Assembly (NCBI GenBank): GCA_944325935.1
Contig: CALVCF010000041.1
Span: forward strand, 1-63,375
Source: an uncultured Erysipelotrichaceae bacterium
Lineage (GTDB): Bacteria; Bacillota_I; Bacilli_A; Erysipelotrichales; Erysipelotrichaceae
Reading direction: 5' to 3'
DNA: 63,375 nt
The position numbers and the translations under genes were made by a program. The notes beneath the pieces were generated by a model. That model saw only the letters and a program-made list of their open reading frames with translations. It searched no databases and was not told the origin of the DNA. Below, one piece after another: positions 27,912 to 37,432 of this stretch; the stretch's first letter is position 1; every line of letters starts with the position of its first letter.

Positions 27912-27935
27912 AAGGCACGCGAAGTGCCTTTTATT
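27911..27935 (+). terminator. Rho-independent terminator
   Basis: aaaggcac gcgaa gtgcctttt followed by a T-run. Confidence 0.7.
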
Positions 27936-28161
27936 CATGTTAATGATCAAAGTCGAAAAAGTAAGAGAATAATTATGTTTTTTCAAAGCACGACATATAC
28001 ACCCGCTTCTTTTTTAGGCCATCAGCCCGCTCTTTCTGACTGTAGTTATGATCAAAAATAATTGATTATTGGGAAAATGTTCCAGCCCTAGAAATAAATA
28101 AGTGATAGAACAAGACACGATCTGTGTCCCTAACAAGTTTGTTTCAAAAGGAGGAATTGAT

Positions 28162-28686
28162 ATGAAAAGAAACAAAATGATTGCATCTAGCCTTGTGGCT
28201 TTGTTGCTGGTTGGAGCAAATACCCTTTCAGCAGATGAAAAGCAGACAGATGTCACGATCTCAACAGAAGCTGCGGTGATGAATATAACTGTGCCAAGCA
28301 CCATGCCGATGACTTTTAAAGGAGATGGCACTAATGTCTACGCCACAAATTTCACCATTGCCAATAATTCGGCTCTTGGCGATATTTACTTATCTAAAGT
28401 TGAAGCCAGCGCCAAGGGGGATTGGAAATTGGCTAGTGAAGGCACTTCTTGGTCTTCCGTTCCCGCCAACACCAAAAAGATCGAACTGACAATCGATAAT
28501 AAGGTCATTGATGGCGAGGGCGATGCGGCTGCTTATGCAAGCGAAACTTTCGGTATGACGGATTTTGTTATTAAGAATGCTTCTGAAAAGGATCTTTCCT
28601 ATTCTTGCAAACGCAGTGCTTTTACCGACGTTTTAAATAACGAATCAGCCTATACGCTGAACTTGACCTTTGAATTTGTAAAATAA
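28162..28686 (+). CDS. Secreted protein P1, unknown function (shares an N-terminal module with P4)
   Basis: AAAGGAGG RBS 6 nt upstream. Signal peptide MKRNKMIASSLVALLLVGANTLSA|DE. The longest ORF begins at 28102, but the ATG at 28162 fits the RBS and the signal peptide. Confidence 0.6.
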   Translation: MKRNKMIASSLVALLLVGANTLSADEKQTDVTISTEAAVMNITVPSTMPMTFKGDGTNVYATNFTIANNSALGDIYLSKVEASAKGDWKLASEGTSWSSVPANTKKIELTIDNKVIDGEGDAAAYASETFGMTDFVIKNASEKDLSYSCKRSAFTDVLNNESAYTLNLTFEFVK

Positions 28687-28711
28687 GAAATGATCTAAAT
28701 GGTATAGCTTA

Positions 28712-29188
28712 ATGAATGATGATAAGAAAAAGATCTTGGTGATCATATTAAGTGTGTTGATTATCTTAGGAATGATCGCTGTTTGTGTCTTAGTTTATCC
28801 ACCTGATATCGACGATGGCTCTTCTTTGCATGTCATTGATGAGGTCGATTATTCTCATGAAGAAATCCAGCGACAACTAAATGAAGAAGTAGCCGATTCT
28901 ATGATTAATATCCAATACTCTTTATACGCTACTTTTAATGATCACAAAAGCAATGATTTCTTTGTCCGAAATATCAAGACTAACCATCACCCCATTACCT
29001 TCAAACTCTATGATGAAAATAATGAACTCATATATGAATCAGATAAGATTGATTTGGGCTATGAATTCAAAGGTCTAAGCCTTGATAAAGAGCTAGCTAA
29101 AGGCGAACATGAGGGCACGATCCAAATAGGATATGCGTCAAGTGGCAATGTTTCATCTGCTTTCCCTATTTATTTAACTGTTTACTAA
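28712..29188 (+). CDS. Membrane-anchored protein P2 (single N-terminal TM), unknown function
   Basis: KKKILVIILSVLIILGMIAVCVLVY anchor, then a beta-rich-looking domain of about 125 aa. No clear SD sequence. Confidence 0.5.
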   Translation: MNDDKKKILVIILSVLIILGMIAVCVLVYPPDIDDGSSLHVIDEVDYSHEEIQRQLNEEVADSMINIQYSLYATFNDHKSNDFFVRNIKTNHHPITFKLYDENNELIYESDKIDLGYEFKGLSLDKELAKGEHEGTIQIGYASSGNVSSAFPIYLTVY

Positions 29189-29203
29189 ATAAAGGAGCTG
29201 AAC

Positions 29204-29680
29204 ATGAAAAAAATATGTTTAGGGTTATTGATCTTTATTTTATTGCCAGTTGATGTTTTAGCTAATGAAAGTACAGATCTAACAATAAGTACTCAAAGCG
29301 CCTTTGTCGGCAACATGAACTATCGGATCATAAAAAAAGGTAGTGTTTATCAAGCACCGCTAGACATATTGATCTCTTCCCCAGCTTTAAAAGAAAATAT
29401 CGAAGTAAAGATCAATGATGGTTACTTGTTCTTGGAAGATCTGCCATTTGGTGAATATCAGATAAAGGTTTGTGATGACAAAACTTGTGATTCTTTTCAA
29501 AGATCGATCAATACTGCGTCGATCTTAAATCAACACAAAACAGAAGATCTGATCGCAAGCGAGCATTCAGTACAAATACCCGCTACCAGCGCCACAAAAG
29601 AAATAGCTCTTTTATCGAGCTGTCTTGGAATATCGCTATTATTGATAATAATTTGGAGGGCCTATGAAAAAATTGGTTAG
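29204..29680 (+). CDS. Secreted protein P3 with a C-terminal sorting-signal-like anchor
   Basis: AAGGAG RBS and signal peptide ...LLPVDVLA|NE. LEDLPFGEYQIKV is a CnaB/SpaA-like strand motif. The C-terminus is IPATS + hydrophobic helix + RAYEKIG. Confidence 0.55.
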   Translation: MKKICLGLLIFILLPVDVLANESTDLTISTQSAFVGNMNYRIIKKGSVYQAPLDILISSPALKENIEVKINDGYLFLEDLPFGEYQIKVCDDKTCDSFQRSINTASILNQHKTEDLIASEHSVQIPATSATKEIALLSSCLGISLLLIIIWRAYEKIG

Positions 29681-30782
29681 AACACTATTTATAGTATTTT
29701 TATTAACACTTCCCTCATCCCCTATTTTCGCTCTTGATAAAAATACAGAAACTAATATTGTCAATGTGACAGTACCGAGCGAGCTTAAGATTAAAATGTT
29801 AAAAGATGGCACAAATGCGATCTCTGATTACACTATCACAAATTATGCCGCCCCAATCGAGATAGATGATATCTATATCCAGAAATTAGGTAAATGGTCA
29901 TTGGTCAGCAGTGAAGCTAAATTACAGCCTGATAGCTACAACATGATCCTTAAGATGGATGACACGATCTTAAAGCATGGCAACAACAACTTCGATATCA
30001 CTATCAACACTAATGAGAGATTCTCACCAGAATTATCGCTGCAAAGAGGTCTTGTGACTAAACAAGAAGAAAGCAAAGCCTTTAAGTTTTTGATACGATA
30101 TCAAGCAACTCAGACCAAATTAATGTATGGTTTGAGTGCAAACAAAAAACTTAAAACGCTAGGCACGATCAAAGAAATCGTCTTCTCGCATGACATCATG
30201 CCTCAAGACGTAAAAAGCGTGGACATTTCCGAAAAGGGAGATGCATCGGTTATGGCTTGGATCGAAGGTAATAAAGTTACGATCTCAAATCAATCGAAGT
30301 ATCAAAAAATCATCTTTAACGAAAGTTCAGGCTATCTATTTCATAATCTCTATTATGTATCATCGATCGATTTTGGTGATAATGTCATCGATACTTCAAG
30401 TGTTAAATGGATGCCCGGCATGTTTGAGTGGACTGGCGCTTATGCCGATAGTTTGTCACTTGATCTAAGTGAGTTTGATGTCTCTAACGTCACTAATGCT
30501 GAATTCATGTTTTTTTATACAGGCTGGGAAGTTCCTGCATTGAGTCTTGATCTGAGCATGTGGGATTTCTCTAAAGTCGAAAACATGCAGTCAATGTTTA
30601 GAAGCATGGGCGAAAAATCAGCTTCGTGGGTCCTAAAAACACCCGTCAATATACCTAAAGATGCAAATAAGGTCAATATCTTAAGCACCTTGAACGTATA
30701 TGATCAAAACGGAATCTTGATGGATGTCAATGGGGCTAATTTTCCTAGCAGCAACCCTACATCATATATACTTAAAAAATAG
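29664..30782 (+). CDS. Secreted protein P4: P1-like N-terminal module + C-terminal DUF285/BspA-like leucine-rich repeats
   Basis: GGAGGG RBS and signal peptide ...SSPIFA|LD. The N-terminal module aligns with P1. C-terminal repeats are LDLSEFDVSNVTNAEFMF and LDLSMWDFSKVENMQSMF. Confidence 0.65.
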   Translation: MKKLVRTLFIVFLLTLPSSPIFALDKNTETNIVNVTVPSELKIKMLKDGTNAISDYTITNYAAPIEIDDIYIQKLGKWSLVSSEAKLQPDSYNMILKMDDTILKHGNNNFDITINTNERFSPELSLQRGLVTKQEESKAFKFLIRYQATQTKLMYGLSANKKLKTLGTIKEIVFSHDIMPQDVKSVDISEKGDASVMAWIEGNKVTISNQSKYQKIIFNESSGYLFHNLYYVSSIDFGDNVIDTSSVKWMPGMFEWTGAYADSLSLDLSEFDVSNVTNAEFMFFYTGWEVPALSLDLSMWDFSKVENMQSMFRSMGEKSASWVLKTPVNIPKDANKVNILSTLNVYDQNGILMDVNGANFPSSNPTSYILKK

Positions 30783-30929
30783 CACTTTTACATGAATTAA
30801 TTAATAAAACATGTTCGATATTGTTTACAGAGGTGCTGTTTCCTATATTTAAACAAAGAAATAAGGAATATATTTATAATGATTGTATGGTTGTTTAAAT
30901 GATGCAGCGAGTCTTTAAAAAAAGCTTCA

Positions 30930-31457
30930 TCATTGATAAAGCTTTTTCTCTTTGATATAGCGATAGACCTTGTCATTTAACATATCTTTATATCGATCGA
31001 CATCTTCTCGGATTTGTGATGAAGCGATCTTACCAAAACTATGGTCGATAAAATGATAGTTGGGATGATCGATCTTGAGCTCATAGCCTTTGCGGCCCAA
31101 AATGATCAGAGGATACTTTTTGATGATGTCATAACGCTTCCATAAATGGAGGCTTTGGGCATTATCTTCTCCGATCACTAAATAATAGTCCTGACCATCT
31201 TTTTTCAGATCTTCCAAGATCTCATAGGTATAGGCTGTTTCATTATGTCTATCATCGATAATGATGTTTTCACTTGAGATCAGCTTCAACATCGCTATAC
31301 GTTCATTAAGATCGGTCAGTCTGGTCTTATGCCAATAAGCCATAGTTGCAATAACTAAGACCTTATCACAGATCTTTTCATCTAAAAGATAGTGTATTGC
31401 CCGTTCATGGCCTAAATGGACCGGGTCAAAACTTCCGACAAATACTGCGATCTTCAT
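30930..31457 (-). CDS. nadD: Nicotinate-nucleotide adenylyltransferase
   Basis: VFVGSFDPVHLGHE (HxGH motif) and ...SSQIR... Confidence 0.85.
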   Translation of the reverse strand: MKIAVFVGSFDPVHLGHERAIHYLLDEKICDKVLVIATMAYWHKTRLTDLNERIAMLKLISSENIIIDDRHNETAYTYEILEDLKKDGQDYYLVIGEDNAQSLHLWKRYDIIKKYPLIILGRKGYELKIDHPNYHFIDHSFGKIASSQIREDVDRYKDMLNDKVYRYIKEKKLYQ

Positions 31458-32233
31458 TGATCTTTTTGATAGGTCGCCGTATGTAGCTTATGAAGACTAG
31501 ATTCATGTAAGTGTCTGATCTTATCTCTTGTCTTTTCTTCTAAAAGTGAAGGATCTTCCATATACTTGGCGATATCAAGATAGCTGACGCCCATCTTTTC
31601 TTCGTCGCTTAATGCACTAAGCCCATCACTTGGGGTCTTATGCACCAGATCATATGGGAGATTTAAATAATCGCCGATCATGACGACTTCTTCCTTACTA
31701 AGATCGCCCAAGGGCCTGATATCCGAAACTGAATCGCCACCTTTTGTATAATAGCCGACAAAGATCTCTGACTTATTGGAAGTGCCGACTACGATATAGG
31801 TCTTGGCTTTTTTAGCACTATATAGAGCGCTCAAATAATATAGGGCAGCCATCCGCAGACGGGGTTTGAGATTGATGTCGCTGTTGATGCATTCCTTTTC
31901 ATCACCCACAAATTCGGCCATACCTTCTTTAAAAGTATCGAAAGTCTTGGTCAAATCAAAGTTGATGACTTCGATCCCTAAATGATTTGCGATCCTTTTA
32001 GCATCCGTAGCATCTTCGCTTTTTGAATGGCAAGGCAAGGTGACGCCAGTGACCCTATCTTTGCCCAAAGCTTCAACCATTAAGGCTGCAGCAATCGTCG
32101 AGTCCTTGCCGCCACTTAAACCGATAATGGCGCCATATAATCGATTGTTATCAAAATAGTCTTTAATAAATTGAATGATCTTCGCTGTTTCTAACTTTGC
32201 ATCAAACACCTTTAACACCTCCTGTTTTTTCAA
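31454..32233 (-). CDS. nadE: NH3-dependent NAD+ synthetase
   Basis: GLSGGKDST PP-loop. It is followed by nadD with a 4-nt overlap. Confidence 0.85.
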   Translation of the reverse strand: MKKQEVLKVFDAKLETAKIIQFIKDYFDNNRLYGAIIGLSGGKDSTIAAALMVEALGKDRVTGVTLPCHSKSEDATDAKRIANHLGIEVINFDLTKTFDTFKEGMAEFVGDEKECINSDINLKPRLRMAALYYLSALYSAKKAKTYIVVGTSNKSEIFVGYYTKGGDSVSDIRPLGDLSKEEVVMIGDYLNLPYDLVHKTPSDGLSALSDEEKMGVSYLDIAKYMEDPSLLEEKTRDKIRHLHESSLHKLHTATYQKDQ

Positions 32234-33644
32234 GAATCAAACGATCTTTAAGTTCCTTCTCCCTGATCGAAAGATCGACATAATAAGTATGGGGATGATG
32301 AATATCGATGATTCGCTCACTGAGATCTTTGAAACGATCTTCGGCATATTCCTTACGTTTTTTTATGCTTGGTACCTCATAAATGAGCTTGCCGTCTTTA
32401 AAAATGTCCTTTTGTAAGCACTCGATCTCATAATCGCTTAATTCGGTCTTTTTCCAAGGATCGCGGTCTGAAACGAGGGTATAGTGATCTAAGGGTATCA
32501 CTTCATCATGCATGGCGATCAAATCACCTAAAAGCTTATGGGTCTTCTTATCATAGAAACGGTATACCTTCTTAAAACCGGGATTGATCGTCTTAACGGT
32601 ATCTTCCGAGATCTTGATCTTGGCTTTAAGCCCCTGATCGGTCTCGATCGCCACAAGCTTATAGACCCCGTCCATCCTCTCTTTGGAAGCGGCGATATTA
32701 TCACCCACACCATATGACGTGACGGGAACATTCGCCCTTCTTAGATCGGCGATCCGATATTCATTAAGGCCGTTTGATAAACAGATCCCGGCATCATAAA
32801 AGCCATTTTCATCAAGAGTCTTGCGGCAGGCCTTGGCCAAATAGATCAGATCACCGCTATCGATCCGCACGCCTTTTAACTTATGCCCATTAGGAATGAG
32901 ATAGTCTCGGGCTACCTTCATTGCATTTTGCAGACCGCTGTTAAGCGTATCGTAGGTGTCGATCAAAAAGGTCGCATTATCGCTATTCGAACGCGCATAA
33001 GCCAAAAAAGCCTCGTATTCACTATCGAAGGCTTCGACCATGCTGTGGGCCATCGTGCCTAACAAAGGTATCTCATATTTAAGACCGGCCAAGACATTAG
33101 AAGTCCCTGCACAACCTGCTAAATAAGAATATTTACTGGCTTCGATCGCCGAGGTGATGCCCCTGGCTCTGCGGGCGCCGAATTCCATCACAGGTACCCC
33201 ATTGGCTTCATTGACGATGCGCCTGGTGACCGTCGAAACTAAAGTTGCATGATTAAAACAAGTCAAGATCGCCGTCTCAATGAGTTGCGCTTCGATCAAT
33301 GGGGCTTTGACGGTAATAATGGGCTCGCCAGGAAAGATCGGTGTGCCGTCAAGAATCGCGTAAAGATCGCCTGTAAAGCGAAGCTTTGAAAGATAATGTA
33401 AGAATTCTTTTGTAAAGGCTTTGGTTTCGCTAAGCTTGGCAATATCATCGCTGTTAAAATGAAAATTTTTGATAAAGTCGATGATCTCGTCAAGACCGCC
33501 CATGATCGCATAGCCTCCATCATAGGGATTGCGCCGATAAAACAGATCAAAGTAGGCGATTGTATTTTCTTTGTGGGCATCAAAATAGGTTTGAGCCATC
33601 GTCAATTCATAAAAATCTGTCAAAGTAGAAAGACTATATTCCAT
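32202..33644 (-). CDS. pncB: Nicotinate phosphoribosyltransferase
   Basis: TDFYELTMAQTYF N-terminus, ...FGARRA..., GTMAHS. Confidence 0.85.
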   Translation of the reverse strand: MEYSLSTLTDFYELTMAQTYFDAHKENTIAYFDLFYRRNPYDGGYAIMGGLDEIIDFIKNFHFNSDDIAKLSETKAFTKEFLHYLSKLRFTGDLYAILDGTPIFPGEPIITVKAPLIEAQLIETAILTCFNHATLVSTVTRRIVNEANGVPVMEFGARRARGITSAIEASKYSYLAGCAGTSNVLAGLKYEIPLLGTMAHSMVEAFDSEYEAFLAYARSNSDNATFLIDTYDTLNSGLQNAMKVARDYLIPNGHKLKGVRIDSGDLIYLAKACRKTLDENGFYDAGICLSNGLNEYRIADLRRANVPVTSYGVGDNIAASKERMDGVYKLVAIETDQGLKAKIKISEDTVKTINPGFKKVYRFYDKKTHKLLGDLIAMHDEVIPLDHYTLVSDRDPWKKTELSDYEIECLQKDIFKDGKLIYEVPSIKKRKEYAEDRFKDLSERIIDIHHPHTYYVDLSIREKELKDRLILEKTGGVKGV

Positions 33645-33674
33645 AACACGTCCTCATTTCTTTCTTAAATCCTA

Positions 33675-34217
33675 TCACATTTGATGATACTTGAAACAGT
33701 CAGGTTCATGGGAAACGATCAGACCGATCGCCTGCAGGTAGGCATAGATCGTCACACTGCCCACAAAACGCATTCCTTTTTTAAACAGATCATGACTGAT
33801 CTTGTCAGAGACTGCATTTGTCGTCTTGCCTAATTCGTATAAAGGATATTGATCAAAATATGACAAGAGATAGTTTTTGAAACTGCCGTATTCTTCTTCG
33901 ATCGTTCGAAAAATTTTGGCATTGTTGATGCTGGCTCTGATCTTTTTTTCATTTCGGACGATCATCGCATTATTTAAAAGGCTTTGGACCTTTTGATCAT
34001 CATACGCCATGATCTTTGCAATGTCAAAATGATCATAGGCCTTTTCAAAATCAGCCCGTTTATTTAAGATACATTCCCATGATAGACCAGCCATGAAGCT
34101 TTCAAGGATCAGCATCTGTAAAAGGTATCCCTCATCCAGATTCAGGACGCCCCATTCTTCATCATGATATTTAATATAGCGCGGATTCTTTTCGCCACAC
34201 CACTTACAGCGTTTCAT
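33675..34217 (-). CDS. tag: DNA-3-methyladenine glycosylase I
   Basis: RCKWCGEKNPRYIKYHDEEWGV (Zn-snap/Tag signature) and ...EPDCFKY. Confidence 0.85.
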   Translation of the reverse strand: MKRCKWCGEKNPRYIKYHDEEWGVLNLDEGYLLQMLILESFMAGLSWECILNKRADFEKAYDHFDIAKIMAYDDQKVQSLLNNAMIVRNEKKIRASINNAKIFRTIEEEYGSFKNYLLSYFDQYPLYELGKTTNAVSDKISHDLFKKGMRFVGSVTIYAYLQAIGLIVSHEPDCFKYHQM

Positions 34218-35065
34218 CGAGCTTGAGCCTTCAAATAGTTTTCGTAAACCTTATTCTTGTTGATGTTGGTATCTTCGGCAACTTTCTTGATCGCATCTTT
34301 TGAGCTCAGACCCTCTTCAATATAGGTAGAGACCATTTGGAAGATCATATATTCATCGATCATCGGCTTTAGCTCTTGCTTGCCTTCGATCAATAAAACG
34401 ATCTCTCCTTTTAGATCGTCTAAGGTCAAGAATTCTTCAAGATCGCCCCGTATAAATTCTTCATGTTTTTTAGTTAATTCACGGGCGATGCAGGCTTTGC
34501 GCTTACCTAAGACTGCAAAAGCCATCTCTAATGTTCTTTTTAGGCGATGAGGTGCTTCATAAAAGATAAGGGTATAGGGAAAATCGCAAAGATCAGCTAA
34601 TTCTCTTTTAGCTTTTGCCGCCTTATCGCTTAAGAAGCCGTAGTAAAGATAATGCCTGGTATCAAGGCCGGAGGCGACCAGGGCATTTAGATGGGCACTG
34701 GGCCCGGAGATCGTGACGACATTAAAATCATGGGCGACGACCTCGTTTACTAAATGATAACCTGGGTCAGAGATCAAAGGATAGCCCGCATCAGAGATCA
34801 AGGCGATATCTAAGCCTTCTTCTAAAAGCGCGATCAAGCCCCTAGCGCTTTCTTCTTCGTTGAAATTATGATAGCTCACGACTCTTTTTTTGATTGCGTA
34901 TCTTTCTAGGAGCACTCTTGAAGTTCTGGTATCTTCACAAGCGATCACCGCCACGCTTTCTAAGACCTCGATCGCCCGTTTTGAAAACTCGGCGAGGTTG
35001 CCGATCGGCGTTGCGACAAGATAGAGCGTCGGTCGATCATTTTCAAAGCTCTTCTGACGTTTCAT
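34214..35065 (-). CDS. rsmI: 16S rRNA (cytidine1402-2'-O)-methyltransferase
   Basis: LYLVATPIGNLAEFSKRAIEVL...IACEDTR. Confidence 0.9.
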   Translation of the reverse strand: MKRQKSFENDRPTLYLVATPIGNLAEFSKRAIEVLESVAVIACEDTRTSRVLLERYAIKKRVVSYHNFNEEESARGLIALLEEGLDIALISDAGYPLISDPGYHLVNEVVAHDFNVVTISGPSAHLNALVASGLDTRHYLYYGFLSDKAAKAKRELADLCDFPYTLIFYEAPHRLKRTLEMAFAVLGKRKACIARELTKKHEEFIRGDLEEFLTLDDLKGEIVLLIEGKQELKPMIDEYMIFQMVSTYIEEGLSSKDAIKKVAEDTNINKNKVYENYLKAQAR

Positions 35066-35912
35066 CGCTTTTCCCTTGGGCTTTGATCTTATTGACGCTG
35101 GAGCGGTATTTGCCCTTTTCTTCCAATTCTTTCAGACTGATAAATAAACTATTAGTCTTATTCTCTAATTTGCAGGTCTTTTGAATGACATTCATCGAGG
35201 TCACCCGATACATCTCGCCCTCGTATTCAACTTGAGCATTGAGCTTGGGAAGGCCTCTTCGCAAATCCTTATAAGCCTCATTTTCATATTTCAGACAGCA
35301 CATAAGCTTGCCGCAGTGCCCCGACAATTTATTGATATTTAAAGCTAGAAGCTGGTTTTTTGCCATGTTGATCGAGATCATATCAAAGTCATTGCTGAAG
35401 CGATGGCAACATAATTCTCTGCCACAGCTACCGATCCCACCGACTAATCTAGCCTTGTCACGGGCCCCGACCTGCCTTAGTTCAATCCGGCAATGAAAGA
35501 TCGCTGCCAGATGCTTTAACAGCTCTCTAAAATCGACTCTCCCATCAGCCACATAGATAAAAGTCACTTTTTGACGGTCCAGGGTATATTCAGCCTTGAT
35601 CACCTGCATCGAAAGACCTAAGGAATCCGCTTCATCTTGACAGATATAGAGGGCATTTTCAGCATCTTTTTCATTCTGCCTTTCTTTAAGCAAGTCTTCT
35701 TCTGTCGCCTTTCTTACGATCTCCTTGATCTCTTCTTCATTCAAGCCCTCATCAAGCTCTTTTGATAAAGCGACGACCTCGCCGATCTCTAAGCCATATT
35801 GAGTATTGGTGACAACGCGATCTTTGATCATCAGCTCTTCTTTAGCCACTGCAAAAGTATAAGCTTTCGCATTGCCTTTGAAACGCACTTTAACATAATA
35901 TCTATCTTCCAT
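35043..35912 (-). CDS. ricT: PSP1-domain protein (YaaT/RicT-like)
   Basis: Cys cluster GSCGRELCCHRF...GHCGKLMCCLKYE and the conserved position between holB and rsmI. Confidence 0.85.
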   Translation of the reverse strand: MEDRYYVKVRFKGNAKAYTFAVAKEELMIKDRVVTNTQYGLEIGEVVALSKELDEGLNEEEIKEIVRKATEEDLLKERQNEKDAENALYICQDEADSLGLSMQVIKAEYTLDRQKVTFIYVADGRVDFRELLKHLAAIFHCRIELRQVGARDKARLVGGIGSCGRELCCHRFSNDFDMISINMAKNQLLALNINKLSGHCGKLMCCLKYENEAYKDLRRGLPKLNAQVEYEGEMYRVTSMNVIQKTCKLENKTNSLFISLKELEEKGKYRSSVNKIKAQGKSDETSEEL

Positions 35913-36807
35913 CTTTTTTAACTCCTATCTCATAACATAAGGCATCCAACAAAAGTCGACGATCATAAGACCTATTGAGATCATCACGCAACTTTAAGAA
36001 CGATTCTAAAGCAGATGCCATTTTCTTCTTACTCAGATAATCGATCATATATTCGATATAGATCGCTAAAAAGCGGTCTAAGGCTTGATTGTCCTTGTAT
36101 CTATTATATACTTTTTCATAAAATTCTTTTGCTAAATATGCGCCGTTATCAAGATACTTGAGCGTTGTTTCAAGCATCTCTTTAGCTAAAAGAAGATCTT
36201 CATCATTCAGATCGTCGATCATAAAACTTAAATGGGCCAAGACTTCAGCGTCTTCGCTTTCAAAACCAGCAAAACGATAACTTTTTATCTTTTGGCTATT
36301 AGAGGCCTTGTGAAAGTGCAAAAGCTGGGAACGCGAAACGATCGTATCCAATAGACCGGCGCTATTGTCACTCACCAAGATCGCATAGATATTGTCGCTG
36401 GGTGGCTCTTCCATGAATTTCAAAAGCTTCATGACGTTTTCGACCTTAGCTACGTTATTGATATTGTTGATGATATAGATCTTCTTATCATCCTTTTCGA
36501 TGGAAGAAAGCGAAAAACGCCTGATAAGCTCTTCGATATCTTCTTTTTTGATCTTTCTTTTTTCGCCATCGATCAAGACGAGATCGGCATAGTTCAAACT
36601 TTTGATACGTCGACAGTTATCACACTTTTCACATGCCATATCCCCTTCGACAATACTTTGGGCAATGAAAAAAGCTGTCTCGAGTTTGAGGGGATTTTTT
36701 GGGCCGTCTAAAAGATAAGAATGATTGACCCGCCCGCTGTTAAAGGCATTGGCTAGGCTTTGGTAGACGACGCTCTCTTCTTTTTTGAGCTGTTCTTTAA
36801 ACATCAA
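35902..36807 (-). CDS. holB: DNA polymerase III subunit delta'
   Basis: ...VNHSYLLDGP..., Zn-module CEKCDNCRRI, and context directly after tmk. Confidence 0.75.
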   Translation of the reverse strand: MMFKEQLKKEESVVYQSLANAFNSGRVNHSYLLDGPKNPLKLETAFFIAQSIVEGDMACEKCDNCRRIKSLNYADLVLIDGEKRKIKKEDIEELIRRFSLSSIEKDDKKIYIINNINNVAKVENVMKLLKFMEEPPSDNIYAILVSDNSAGLLDTIVSRSQLLHFHKASNSQKIKSYRFAGFESEDAEVLAHLSFMIDDLNDEDLLLAKEMLETTLKYLDNGAYLAKEFYEKVYNRYKDNQALDRFLAIYIEYMIDYLSKKKMASALESFLKLRDDLNRSYDRRLLLDALCYEIGVKKDGR

Positions 36808-37420
36808 AACGCGCCTCGATGACTCTTAAACAGTCGGATACAACCTGCTTTAAACTTTGACTGGCATCGATAATTTCAAAACGCTTCCGATCTAATTTGA
36901 TCACTTCTTCATAGCCTTCAAAGACCGCTTTATGAAAAGCCAGCGATTCTTGATCGAGCCGATCTTTATCACTCCTGGTTCCAAGACGTTCCAAGCCAAG
37001 GGCAGGATCGATCTTTAAGTATAACGTCAAATCGGGATAATAGTTCTCGATCGCCATTTCATTGATCCTTTTGACATAGTCGATTCCTAATTTGCGGGCA
37101 TAGCCCTGATAGGCCAAAGATGAGTCGACATAACGCTCGCACAAGACAAGCTGTCCTTCATTTAAAGCTGGGATGATCTTTTCCACTAGATGCTGGCGGC
37201 GGGAAGCTGCATATAAAAGCGCTTCGGTCTTAGCGTCCATCAAAGTATTGGCGGGATCAAGGATGATTCGCCGGATCGCTTCAGCGATCTTCGATCCACC
37301 CGGTTCCCTGGTGTGCAAGATCGAGTGTTTTTTTTCTAAGGCTTCTTTTAATTTTAAAGCGACTGTGCTCTTGCCCGAGCCATCGCCTCCTTCTAAAGTT
37401 ATAAACAGACCCTTATTCAT
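36797..37420 (-). CDS. tmk: dTMP (thymidylate) kinase
   Basis: FITLEGGDGSGKST, ...TREPGGS..., DRY-like CERYVDSSLAYQG. Confidence 0.9.
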   Translation of the reverse strand: MNKGLFITLEGGDGSGKSTVALKLKEALEKKHSILHTREPGGSKIAEAIRRIILDPANTLMDAKTEALLYAASRRQHLVEKIIPALNEGQLVLCERYVDSSLAYQGYARKLGIDYVKRINEMAIENYYPDLTLYLKIDPALGLERLGTRSDKDRLDQESLAFHKAVFEGYEEVIKLDRKRFEIIDASQSLKQVVSDCLRVIEARFDV

Positions 37421-37432
37421 CGCTTTGCCCCC

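Noticed and set aside
28014-28331. 105-aa minus-strand ORF overlapping the start of the secreted-protein operon
   Set aside because: It is antisense to P1, which has a strong RBS and a signal peptide. Its translation is low-complexity and hydrophobic, there is no RBS, and it would run into the upstream terminator.
30899-30960. Hairpin aaagctt-N10-aagcttt at the 3' end of nadD, as a possible bidirectional terminator for the convergent P4 and nadD genes
   Set aside because: The stem is A/T-rich, half of it lies inside the nadD coding sequence, and the flanking U-runs are short. It is plausible but too weak to list as a feature.
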